From positions 1 to 31,519 of IMG/VR virus record IMGVR_UViG_3300037692_000177: 31,519 bases of DNA; one strand, given 5' to 3'. This document shows, piece after piece, positions 1 through 9,100 of this stretch (its first letter is position 1; every line of letters starts with the position of its first letter). The notes below the pieces were generated by a model, which worked only from the letters and a program-made list of their open reading frames with translations, did not search any database and was not told the DNA's origin. The position numbers and the translations under genes are program-made. Origin of the DNA: a virus. Taxonomy: Duplodnaviria > Caudoviricetes.

Positions 1-122
1 GCGTTGTTGGTCAGATGTTGCCGCCGACATGGGTATTTTCCGTCTCTTGCGCTTGTCAAAAAATTGCCAGATTTTCCGTGTACGGAACGCTATCTAGCGT
101 TTGCGTATGAAGGACAACAACC

Positions 123-188
123 ATGAAGCTCTATTTCAATCTGGCGATTTCAGCTTGGCTCTGCTCGACTTTGCTCGGTTGCCTGTGA
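123..188 (+). CDS. Putative 21-aa hydrophobic peptide (MKLYFNLAISAWLCSTLLGCL)
   Basis: ATG at 123 preceded by GAAGGA RBS; TGA at 186-188 abuts the stop of the convergent gene; below the ORF-track cutoff. Confidence 0.35.
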   Translation: MKLYFNLAISAWLCSTLLGCL

Positions 189-590
189 CTATCGCGACCC
201 GAGCATGACCCTGACGGGCTTGTCCTGCTTCGGCGCGACAGAGCCCTGACGCCGCCATTGGAACACAGCAGGGCATTTCCAATTGGAATTCTCAGCCTGT
301 GCCATCATGCAGAAATCGGAGAGATCGCGACTTGTCGTCATTCCCTCCATTGCTCTTACCATGGCGTCCATCTTGTCCGTCATAGAGCGCTGATATTGCT
401 GCGTTTCGTGCTGAAAGTCACGGAGATATAGTGCGGCGAATAGTATCGTAATAACGATGGATGCTACCTTGCCGATACTGACGTACATGCTTGATGGATC
501 TACGACAGGCCGATACTGAATATCGTAATTGTTGCCGCGCGAGCGCGACTGCTGGGGCGGCCCTTGCTCGCTCATCTCGCTTGCTTTCAA
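189..590 (-). CDS. Single-TM membrane protein at the end of the lysis module (possibly holin-related)
   Basis: One hydrophobic segment (VASIVITILFAALYL) followed by a helical region; lies after the spanins. Start may be ATG at 575. Confidence 0.55.
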   Translation of the reverse strand: MKASEMSEQGPPQQSRSRGNNYDIQYRPVVDPSSMYVSIGKVASIVITILFAALYLRDFQHETQQYQRSMTDKMDAMVRAMEGMTTSRDLSDFCMMAQAENSNWKCPAVFQWRRQGSVAPKQDKPVRVMLGSR

Positions 591-637
591 TTAATCGGTG
601 AAAAACCGTGATTTCCTATGAAATCCAGTAGGGTGAG

Positions 638-901
638 CTACCCTTTTCTGCATTCCTCGTGCGCAACGATGGCCCGTTTAAGGGCACGGTTCTTGGTCCG
701 GTTCTGGATCACCAGTCGGGCAGCGATCTCCGCTGCGGTTTCGCCCTTCAGGATCGGAGCACGCTTGCTCTCGGCGACGATATCAAGGGCGAGTGGAGGG
801 CACATGAGGGAGATTTCCACCACGGCCGGCGGCGAGCTGTTGCAAGCCAGCAAGTTCTGAGACGCTAAGGCGACAAGCGCCAGGATTGCGGGTCTCTTCA
901 A
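638..901 (-). CDS. Outer-membrane spanin (Rz1-like lipoprotein)
   Basis: Overlaps the 3' part of the Rz-like gene in another frame; TTG start at 901 with GGAG upstream gives MKRPAILALVALASQNLLAC (lipobox LLAC) followed by a Pro-rich segment. Confidence 0.7.
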   Translation of the reverse strand: MKRPAILALVALASQNLLACNSSPPAVVEISLMCPPLALDIVAESKRAPILKGETAAEIAARLVIQNRTKNRALKRAIVAHEECRKG

Positions 902-1154
902 TGACTTTCTCCAATTCGGCTTTCTCGCGCACAAGTTCGAAGCGGTCGATCTCAGCGCGGGCGGCGTCGGCGCGGAGAAGGCGCTCTTTCTGCTGGGCGG
1001 CGTCGGTGAGGGCTTCGACCTGCTGGCGCCAGTGGTCGGAGTTCGAGGCGTTCCAGCCCTTCACGACGCCGGCGGAAAATCCGCTGAAGGCAACCACGGC
1101 GACCACGATCCAGGCGGCCGGGTTGAAGGCGAGGGAGGCGAAACCTGCTATCAT
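783..1154 (-). CDS. Inner-membrane spanin (Rz-like)
   Basis: N-terminal TM, coiled-coil region and a Cys near the C-terminus; ATGA overlap with the endolysin stop. Confidence 0.72.
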   Translation of the reverse strand: MIAGFASLAFNPAAWIVVAVVAFSGFSAGVVKGWNASNSDHWRQQVEALTDAAQQKERLLRADAARAEIDRFELVREKAELEKVIEETRNPGACRLSVSELAGLQQLAAGRGGNLPHVPSTRP

Positions 1155-1972
1155 CCGATTTTCCCTTCGCGACCCGCTTGAAGCCGCCGCATGACCACGA
1201 TGCCGAGACCGATAGCGGAAATGGCCAGCAGAAGCGTAGGCGTCATTTTGATGAGCACATCAAAGGGGGAAAGCGTCGTCTTGAGCGCGATGACCTCCGG
1301 CCCTGCCTCTTTCACCACACCAAATAGCCAGTCGTAGGCGTCGATGAAGAACTGAGCGAGCCAAGCCGCGAACGACAGGATTGCCCCCCTTATGGTCCAG
1401 CTCCGTATGATGATCTCCGGGATGCGCTCAGCGGGTGCTTCATCGACGCGCTGAGGCATCGCGGGCGCCTTCAATACCTCGCCCTCAAGCACGGCGTCGG
1501 CGATCTTGTCTTCCATCGGCTCCATGAACAGAGCGCCTTCAGCCGCGCGACGGCGCACGAGGCCAGCGTATTTGACGCCGCCAGCATTGACCCACTTCAT
1601 AAGCTGGGCCGGAACCTGATCGTACTTGCCTTGGTTCAAGACTTTTCGTAGAGTTGACCGTTCAAGAGCACCAACACCGCAATTATATGCGAAGCTGACG
1701 AGGGCCGCGAATTGATTTTCGTTGAGTGGAACGGTTATCAACCGCTCGACGGCATCTTCAAAAATCGCCAATTCCTTGGCGAACATCCGGTCTCCTTCCT
1801 CGGCAGTGCAGATCATCCCTTCGCGGATGCCGCGCGTCAGGCCGCAATACAGCGTCCACACCGGAGGCTTCGCCAAGGTGTCAAGATATGCCTGATACCT
1901 GCCGTCCGCTCGCAGCTTGTGCTTGCCCTCAAAGCTGACGATCAGATCGATACCGCGCTGCGAAATGTCCAT
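1151..1972 (-). CDS. Endolysin, GH24 phage lysozyme with C-terminal TM segments
   Basis: MDISQRGIDLIVSFEG...AYLDT...VWT...G, LNENQFAALVSFAYNCG, GLVRRRAAEGALF are typical GH24 motifs; two hydrophobic helices at the C-terminus; start reassigned to ATG at 1972. Confidence 0.93.
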   Translation of the reverse strand: MDISQRGIDLIVSFEGKHKLRADGRYQAYLDTLAKPPVWTLYCGLTRGIREGMICTAEEGDRMFAKELAIFEDAVERLITVPLNENQFAALVSFAYNCGVGALERSTLRKVLNQGKYDQVPAQLMKWVNAGGVKYAGLVRRRAAEGALFMEPMEDKIADAVLEGEVLKAPAMPQRVDEAPAERIPEIIIRSWTIRGAILSFAAWLAQFFIDAYDWLFGVVKEAGPEVIALKTTLSPFDVLIKMTPTLLLAISAIGLGIVVMRRLQAGREGKIG

Positions 1973-2068
1973 GCTGTTCCTCTCGCGCAAAGAAATACCC
2001 CCATAAGGGGGCTGCAAAGTCTCTAGATCGTGCTTGCTCAGAGCTTAGTATGTGCTACAGCATCACCC

Positions 2069-2188
2069 ATGATTTGGGTCGATGGCGAAGGTGGGGTATG
2101 GTTTCGGAAGAAGTCAGGGCGCCGAGTTAGGCTTCCTGATTGGGCCAACATTTTCGCGCCACCATGTTTGCGTATTGGAGTCTGTTGA
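2069..2188 (+). CDS. 39-aa small ORF translationally coupled to the methyltransferase
   Basis: ATG 2069 to TGA 2186-2188 (MIWVDGEGGVWFRKKSGRRVRLPDW...); its TGA overlaps ATG at 2188 (TGATG). Confidence 0.4.
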   Translation: MIWVDGEGGVWFRKKSGRRVRLPDWANIFAPPCLRIGVC

Positions 2189-2937
2189 TGCTCGAAGTTT
2201 ATGCTGATCCGCTTGATACGGTTAAGGATTCCGCTCTCGAATTTAAAGCTAGGCTAGAGGTCATTAGGGCAACGACTGAGCCAGACAACGGGCTGCCATG
2301 GTATCCGTATGATAGCATGAGCAATATATGGGCGCTTGAACCGGTGCTAACGGGCGAATACCGGAGATTGTTCTACGACCTCATCAACACCCGCGCCCGC
2401 ATTGCAGATATTGGCTGCGCCGATGGCGACATGGGCCTGTTTCTGCAAACTCAGGGCTGCCAGGTTGATCTGGTGGACAATCCGCCGACGAACATCAACG
2501 CGTTTCTCGGGGCCCGCAGGCTTGATCGCGCGCTCGGTGCCGGGGTGAACTTCCACGAAGCTGACCTCGACCAGCAGTTTTCGCTCCCTGCCGACTATGA
2601 TTTCGCGCTGTTCCTCGGCATCCTCTACCACATCAAGAACCCGTTCTATGTCCTTGAGACCTTGGCTAAGCGGGTGCGCCGGATCGCCCTATCCACCCGC
2701 GTCACAGGCGGCATCATGGGCAACGTCCCTGGCGCCTATCTCCTGGCCCCCGATGAGTGCAACAACGATCCGACGAACTTTTGGATCTTCACCGATGCTG
2801 GACTTCGGCGGCTGTTCGAGCGCACCGGCTGGGACGTCTTGACGTATACGATCATCGGCGGCGATATGGAGACCTCCGATCCGGCGAGCGCAGAGGGCGA
2901 CAGGCGGGCATTCTGTTTGCTGCAAAGTCGTCGCTAA
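2188..2937 (+). CDS. Class I SAM-dependent methyltransferase (CmoB/DUF1698-like), accessory gene
   Basis: Motif I IADIGCADG; YDFALFLGILYHIKNPFYVLE; opposite strand to the flanking late genes. ORF track start is 2140; 2188 preferred because of the TGATG coupling. Confidence 0.85.
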   Translation: MLEVYADPLDTVKDSALEFKARLEVIRATTEPDNGLPWYPYDSMSNIWALEPVLTGEYRRLFYDLINTRARIADIGCADGDMGLFLQTQGCQVDLVDNPPTNINAFLGARRLDRALGAGVNFHEADLDQQFSLPADYDFALFLGILYHIKNPFYVLETLAKRVRRIALSTRVTGGIMGNVPGAYLLAPDECNNDPTNFWIFTDAGLRRLFERTGWDVLTYTIIGGDMETSDPASAEGDRRAFCLLQSRR

Positions 2938-5354
2938 GCGGCTTCGTAGGTCATGGTCATCATCAACCGATTGCCGTTTGCCCCCGGAAATGCGCCATTA
3001 TTAAGCGTGACATTTGCCCGCGAATTCGTGCCGTCTACATAACCTGACAATATATTGCCATTGGCGAGTTCGTAACCAGAAAGCCCGCCCGAATACGCCA
3101 CATTGGCCGCCACCACAGGAAGCGTGATTCTTACGGCTCCTCCGGGAGCCGTGCCAGCGCTCGTGATGGAGACGTCGACCAAAACATGTACCAACTTTCC
3201 GACCTGAAGATACCGCGCACGATTTAATGTTTGGGTGCCGAGCGTGCCTGACGCGGACGTGAAAGTCGGCGTGTAGGTTGTCCAAGCTGCTGTTGCTGTG
3301 CCGGCCTGCGTAAGGTCAAGCGCCCCGAATGCCAACGCCGTTCCAGCACTGTTGACGCGCAGAACCTGGTTGGCCGTGCCGGTGATGTCCTGGACGTATC
3401 TCGTGGTGTTTGTTGGCGTACCCTTCACTGAGAGGAATGCAGCCTTGGTCGGCCTAATAACGGATGATCCCGTACCCAGCACAGGTTCAGCGGAGGAGTT
3501 TGCAAGGTCTTCCGTTACGAGCACATTGTCGTTCGTGCCTGCGGCAAACCCCGCTTCGGTGCCCCTGATTGTGAACTTACCAGCCCCGGCCCCCCAGCTA
3601 CAGCCGATGAAATAATTGCTAGCGCCGCCGACAGAACCGCCGCCGGTTGTGCCCTTGAGGTCGAAATCGAGACCGGTGCCAAGCGAGAAATGACGGCATC
3701 CGATAAACACATTATTGTCGGCGCTCTCAAGAAAATACCCTGTGCCGTTCTGGGTCTGACCAATGCAATTCTTGAAAGTGTTGAACGATGTGTTAGCATT
3801 GCTGCTACCAGTGAGGTAAAGGCCGTGCGCACTTTGGACAGCCGCAACGTCGATCAAGCGCCAGCGCAGACGCTCGAAGAGACCATCCTGAATGTCGGCA
3901 GCTTCGCCGTAATCTGTGCTGGTGATCCCCGCAGTGAACCAAAATGCCCTGTTCGTCGCGTCCAGCACGAAAATGTCTCGAACAAGAAGTTGACGCCGAC
4001 TGAGCACTTGCAGACCGATCCCGCGAATTCTGGCGCAGTCGAGCATAATGTTCTCAATGCCACCGCCGGTCAGGACAGGATTTGAAGCGCCGAAAGGTGA
4101 AGAGATCAAGACCATGGCGTCGTTGGCGTCGGTGGCTCCCGCCCATGTGAACTTAACCGCCGCGTTCGCCCCTTGCGTTCCCACATCGTGGAAGCTATCC
4201 GGGCCGAGGCCACGCATGAGAACGTTCGCATAGGTGTTGTCGATCCGAGCGGTGATCCGGCAATTGAAACCAGCAGGAAATTCTAGAACACCTCCGCCAG
4301 CAGCATTAAGAGCAGCCAGCCCCGCGTTGATCGCCGCAGCGTCGTCGGTCGAGCCATTACCTGTGACGCCAAAATCCCTGGCATCGACCCGCTCGCGTAG
4401 CTTGGCATGCTGCGTTCGCGTCACCGCCCCAGTCCCTGATTGCAGGAAATGCGACATAGGCACGACATTCCCGGCGCTGTCTTTGAAACCAACGGTCGTG
4501 ACGCCAGCGCCATCGTCAAGCGCCCTGACCCGAGCGACATTCGCTGCTGGACTTGCAGGTTCTGCTATCTCCGTAAGGTCGATGTGCTTGGCGAACAGCG
4601 CGCTTTGGTCGGAGCGAAACCGCACGGCCTCAACAGGCACCGTTGAACCATCCGGCGTTGTGGCGATAATCCACCGGCCCGGCATATCGTTCGAGCCCGG
4701 CGTACCATCGACCTCGCAATAGATGGCACCGGCATATTCATAATCCGTGCCGTCAAAGCCGAAGGACGAAAACAGCGCCAGCCGATCGCCTGACTGCACC
4801 ACGGTTGGAACCGCTATCGTTCCCCTTGACCGTACCCCAGCCCAGCATGCTGCGTTAAGCGCCGTGCTGCTATAGCGTCCAACCACTTGGCAGACTTCGG
4901 CTGCTTCGTCATTGTGGATGAAGAAATCGACGCCTACCGGAATCCCGGAAAAGGTAAAGGTCTGGATATTCGCTCCGAGCGAAATACGCTCAAGGGCTTC
5001 GTCGAAAAATATGCCGCTCGTGGCACTACCGATATTGATGGTGCCTTTGGTGGCGTTCGAGGTTGAGGTCAGGCGGAGATCGTCACCGGAACCGGTGCCG
5101 CCCGTAATCGTCAGTCCGCCCGCTGCCCCAGTAATGTCGTCATTGTCATCAATGGTGATGCCGGAGTTCTGAAGCGCACCATCAGTTCCGTTGAAGCGGG
5201 CAATGGCATTATCTGTCGTGACGCCGATATCTGCAATACCGCCAAGGTGAGCCTTTCGCGAATTGCCCCCGCTGACGACGTACACGATATCGCCAGTATC
5301 ACCCGACGACAGCGTGCCAATACTAGTGAGGCTGGAGAGTGTTTTGTCGGCCAT
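2934..5354 (-). CDS. Tail fibre/tailspike with beta-helix (pectate-lyase-3-like) region and C-terminal beta-sandwich
   Basis: FLQSGTGAVTRTQHAKLRERVDARDFGVTGNGSTDDAAAINA is the typical tailspike head-to-beta-helix junction; G/T/N-rich repeats; C-terminal WTTYTPT...ARYLQVGKLVHV. Confidence 0.88.
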   Translation of the reverse strand: MADKTLSSLTSIGTLSSGDTGDIVYVVSGGNSRKAHLGGIADIGVTTDNAIARFNGTDGALQNSGITIDDNDDITGAAGGLTITGGTGSGDDLRLTSTSNATKGTINIGSATSGIFFDEALERISLGANIQTFTFSGIPVGVDFFIHNDEAAEVCQVVGRYSSTALNAACWAGVRSRGTIAVPTVVQSGDRLALFSSFGFDGTDYEYAGAIYCEVDGTPGSNDMPGRWIIATTPDGSTVPVEAVRFRSDQSALFAKHIDLTEIAEPASPAANVARVRALDDGAGVTTVGFKDSAGNVVPMSHFLQSGTGAVTRTQHAKLRERVDARDFGVTGNGSTDDAAAINAGLAALNAAGGGVLEFPAGFNCRITARIDNTYANVLMRGLGPDSFHDVGTQGANAAVKFTWAGATDANDAMVLISSPFGASNPVLTGGGIENIMLDCARIRGIGLQVLSRRQLLVRDIFVLDATNRAFWFTAGITSTDYGEAADIQDGLFERLRWRLIDVAAVQSAHGLYLTGSSNANTSFNTFKNCIGQTQNGTGYFLESADNNVFIGCRHFSLGTGLDFDLKGTTGGGSVGGASNYFIGCSWGAGAGKFTIRGTEAGFAAGTNDNVLVTEDLANSSAEPVLGTGSSVIRPTKAAFLSVKGTPTNTTRYVQDITGTANQVLRVNSAGTALAFGALDLTQAGTATAAWTTYTPTFTSASGTLGTQTLNRARYLQVGKLVHVLVDVSITSAGTAPGGAVRITLPVVAANVAYSGGLSGYELANGNILSGYVDGTNSRANVTLNNGAFPGANGNRLMMTMTYEAA

Positions 5355-5608
5355 CAGATAGTCACCCGATTTGTATTGTTTGCCACAGGAGTTCCCGTTA
5401 TTCTCCGAGTGTTGAGACTGGCTTCGGCTTCGTCGCCTTCGAGCATGAGCTTGTCGGCATCAGATTGCTCATCGCCTTCGAGCAGCAGATATCCGCTTTC
5501 ATCGCCCTCTAGCAGAAGGAGGTTGCTGGTGAGTTCTGATGCGATAACGCGCGATGTCTGCCCACCGGATGCAACGGCGCTGATCCGTTTGGTTATCGTC
5601 GTTGTCAT
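5354..5608 (-). CDS. Small tail-fibre-associated protein with LLLEGD repeats
   Basis: Three L(L/M)LEGD repeats; stop overlaps the tail fibre start. Confidence 0.65.
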   Translation of the reverse strand: MTTTITKRISAVASGGQTSRVIASELTSNLLLLEGDESGYLLLEGDEQSDADKLMLEGDEAEASLNTRRITGTPVANNTNRVTI

Positions 5609-5661
5609 TAGGTTTCCTGGATGGTAGAAGAACGACTTGCGTTGACGCGGGGGTACTAGGT

Positions 5662-5928
5662 ATGCGTGCGCTTAAGATCGGGATGCTACTGCTCGTCATT
5701 TCATTCGGCTGCGCGTTTATTCTCGCGGCGGCTGGCGTATCCGGTCATGGCCTTGCCAGCGGTCGCGCCATCGGCGAAACTATCGGTGCCGGCATCTTCA
5801 TTTTCGTGATTGCCCTACTGGCGATCGGTGTGACGGCAATTTTCAGCCGCAGAGCCGAGACGATGTTTACCGTTGGAGCGCTGGCGGCTGTTGGCGTCAC
5901 GTGCTTGAACTGGCTGGGAAGCGTCTAA
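5662..5928 (+). CDS. Small 3-TM membrane protein (moron)
   Basis: Three hydrophobic segments; antisense to the late operon; ORF track start 5602, ATG at 5662 more plausible. Confidence 0.6.
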   Translation: MRALKIGMLLLVISFGCAFILAAAGVSGHGLASGRAIGETIGAGIFIFVIALLAIGVTAIFSRRAETMFTVGALAAVGVTCLNWLGSV

Positions 5929-6114
5929 ATGATGTATCTGATCAGCTTAGCCATCGGTGGTTTGATCGTTCTCGCTTCGGAGCGTCGAGAACTGATGGCT
6001 GTGTATAGACGTGCAGGCACATTCAATTTTGGTTTCAGCTTCCTTTCCCGTACAATCTGGACAGCCATCATGGTTTACATCGGCATCTGGGCAACGTTGA
6101 TTCAGATAATCTAA
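5929..6114 (+). CDS. Small 2-TM membrane protein (moron)
   Basis: 61 aa, two hydrophobic segments, starts immediately after the previous stop. Confidence 0.5.
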   Translation: MMYLISLAIGGLIVLASERRELMAVYRRAGTFNFGFSFLSRTIWTAIMVYIGIWATLIQII

Positions 6115-9100
6115 CGCAACCCAATAGCCCGCGCGCCGGCCGCCGGGCCAAGGAAATCCTTGAACTCGACCTGTCCAGTTTGCTCGATGATTTCTTCGAT
6201 CTTATCCTTGGCCAATAGCGTCCGCTTCATCTCAGGCCAGGACGCCCTGACCTCGTCATAGTCGTAAATCCGTGAGATAGTGCCGCCATTGGAAGATCGT
6301 TTGATGATCTTCTCGCGCAACACACCGGCGATTTCCGGGGAGATTGTCTCCAGCTCTTCCAGATACGGCTTGATCGGCATCGGCTCGCGCTTCTCATAGC
6401 CGGGACGCTGCAATGCGATCAGGGCGTTGAGAGGCTCACGCCGATTGATCTCGGCGAGAATTTCCACCGCCGCGCCGCGCGCTTCACGTGAGACTTCGGT
6501 GCGGTTGTCCAGTTTACTCGTCACGCGCACATCGATCCGATTGGCGACAACATCGCGCTGGGTAGCGCTGACCGCCCTTATCATGTCCTGGGCGCGAACC
6601 ATCGGATGCAGGCTGCGCTGATCCTTATCGTAGTGGCCATTGAGGATTGCGAACGCCTTGGCGTCATCATCTTTCATGCGAACGTCAAAGAATTTACGGA
6701 TATCGTCCTTCGACCAAGCCTTGTTATCAACCGCCTCGCTCTTATAACTAGCACCAGCCTGCGCGAACACACCGTCGCGCCCCATCAGGTCCCAATAATC
6801 CTCACTCCCGCGGCTGGAGCGCGACCCGCGCGTTGTGCGAATGAACGGGTATTCCTGCCAGCGGAGTTCCGGCTTCTCCGGATCAAGCGTATCATAGGCC
6901 CTCAGAATATCCCGTGACCAGTCCGAGCCGATCGCATTCATGGTGTATTCGACCATGATCGGACTGACATCGAATGGTGCGATCGGCTGGATGGCTTCAG
7001 CAAAGCGGCGAGACAGGTTCGATGTGTAGGCGGTATAGCGATCCTCCGGCATCTTGCCTTGCATGTATTCCGGCTCGATGGCGCTTTCGAAGAAGTTGTT
7101 CCGGTTGTGCTTCCAGCCGATGTATAGGTCGAGGAGCGGGCTGGACGCTGGCGGCAGAAGGCTGAGGGCCAGCGTCTGGCGGAACCGCTCCCAAGCGGTC
7201 GGATCTTCATCAAACCAACTGTCGTAAGTGGCGCGGACAGCATTCGACGCCACATTGATAATGTCGAAACCGCGTGGAATTTTGTAGGGCTGTCCATTGA
7301 TTGTAAACGTCACGTACAGCGCCCGTTCCATCTTGGACTTGTCTTTGCGTTCTTCCGGCGTATTGAATGCAAGCTCGAACAGCAGATGCGCATGGGCGAT
7401 GATGGCGATGGTTACCCACATGCGGGCCGCATCCTTCAGCGCATCAACCTCAGATTTCGTCAGTTTCTGGAATTGCCGATCGCTAAAGAGCGGCAAGAGC
7501 TTCTTGCGGATGAGCTGCGCCGAGGCAAAGCGGCCTTCATTCGTCTGGGCTAGGAACGCCGCCCGGACCATTTTGTCTGGCCCTTGAAGAGCGGGATTGA
7601 AGAACATAATCGTGCGGTTTGCGACCATCTGGCTTGGAGCTGCGCCCATGCGACCATAGTCGGTGTAGTCCCGAGATCGCTGGACCGCCGCCTCCAGGGC
7701 AATAAACGTCTGCTGCTCAGGCGGCATTGTCGGATAGCGGCTTTGCACATCGGCGATTGCGCGGTTGAACGAGATGCGGGCAATGGTCTGGCGGGCATTG
7801 GATTCAGTCCATTCCGCCCATTTCCAGAAATCCTCATGCCATGGATTGATCGTGCGCGCCCAGAAATCACGGCGCCACGGCTCTAGCGTCACACCATCTG
7901 TCCGCAGTTCAGAAATCCGGCCGGATTGCAAAAGCTGAATATCCGTGCGGCCGATGCCGCCCATGATGCCGCCGTGTCGTGCGAGGATGTCGCCCCACGT
8001 TTCGTCACCTCGATTTATGCGTGCGCGGTTCGATGCGATCGTGCGAATGTTGGAAACGAGCGGAAAGTACCCAGCTTGCAGCGCCGACGCTTGGAATGTG
8101 TCGCGGATTAGATTGCGCCACATGAATCCAAAACCTGTCGTGATGCCTTTCTGCGGAATGCGCACTGCGGCCGTGACCATGCCGAAGAAGCTGTCAGCCA
8201 TCGGCGTACCGCGAACGGTCTCGAAGAAACCGAGAATATCCTTTGCAATTCCATGGCCATCATCATGGATCTGCAGCATCTTCAGTTGGCCGCCTTCCAT
8301 GTAATGGAGGATGACATCCTTCCCGTCACCAGCTTGCTCGGAGCGGAACAGGGTCGCCACCGCATCGTCTCCGATCATCGCGGCAACGGCGGAGATCATC
8401 TCCTTGGCGTCCTCTGGCGGAAGTCCTTCTTTGCGCGCGGCGGCTTCGAGCGCGTCGCGAACCTTGATCTCCTGGCTGCGCATCCGCGTCGCCGGAACGA
8501 TCTCGGCATAGCGGCCGGCGCCCGTGACCGCATCCGCCATCTGCGCCAAGAGCAGTTTCGGCTTGTTGACTGCGATCTCGAAGTTGGTGTCGAAGACCTG
8601 CCGTGCTATCCCTTCTATCGGATGGATGAAATCCCGATAGGAGCCGCGCAGCTTGAACTTCTGTGCCACCTTGCGCCCGGAGAGCGCCGACGAACTGCCG
8701 AATATTTGATCCGACATATCCCGGAACCACGGCACATAGTCAGGCGAGTTGAGCTTGTGCTCGTATTCCTCTTGACTATCGAGGCCAGCCTGATAACGCT
8801 TGAGCGCCAGGTCGCGGGAGAACTGGTAGACCATCTGCGCCGCGGCGTCAAAGCCCGCATTGGCCGTGTCGAGTTCGCTGACGGTCATCTCGTGATCGCC
8901 GCGTGTATGCTTGTCAGGCGCGTGCGTGAGTTCGGCTTCCCAGCGATTGCCGAGGAAGACGCGGCGCTGCCGGCGCATGGTGTCGAAATACCAGTCGCCG
9001 GTCTGCGGGTTCTGCGGCGGATTGGCGAGACGTCCCCGGTCCTGCGCCGGGTTCATCTCGAAGCGCTGCCAGAGCCAGCGTCCGCGCCGGGCGATCAGGT

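Noticed and set aside
2188-2937. DNA methyltransferase / restriction-modification component
   Set aside because: Lacks DNA-MTase catalytic motifs and has no adjacent restriction gene
2934-5354. Diversity-generating retroelement acting on the tail fibre, suggested by the BPP-1-like architecture
   Set aside because: No reverse transcriptase or Avd gene and no TR/VR repeat pair seen in the window
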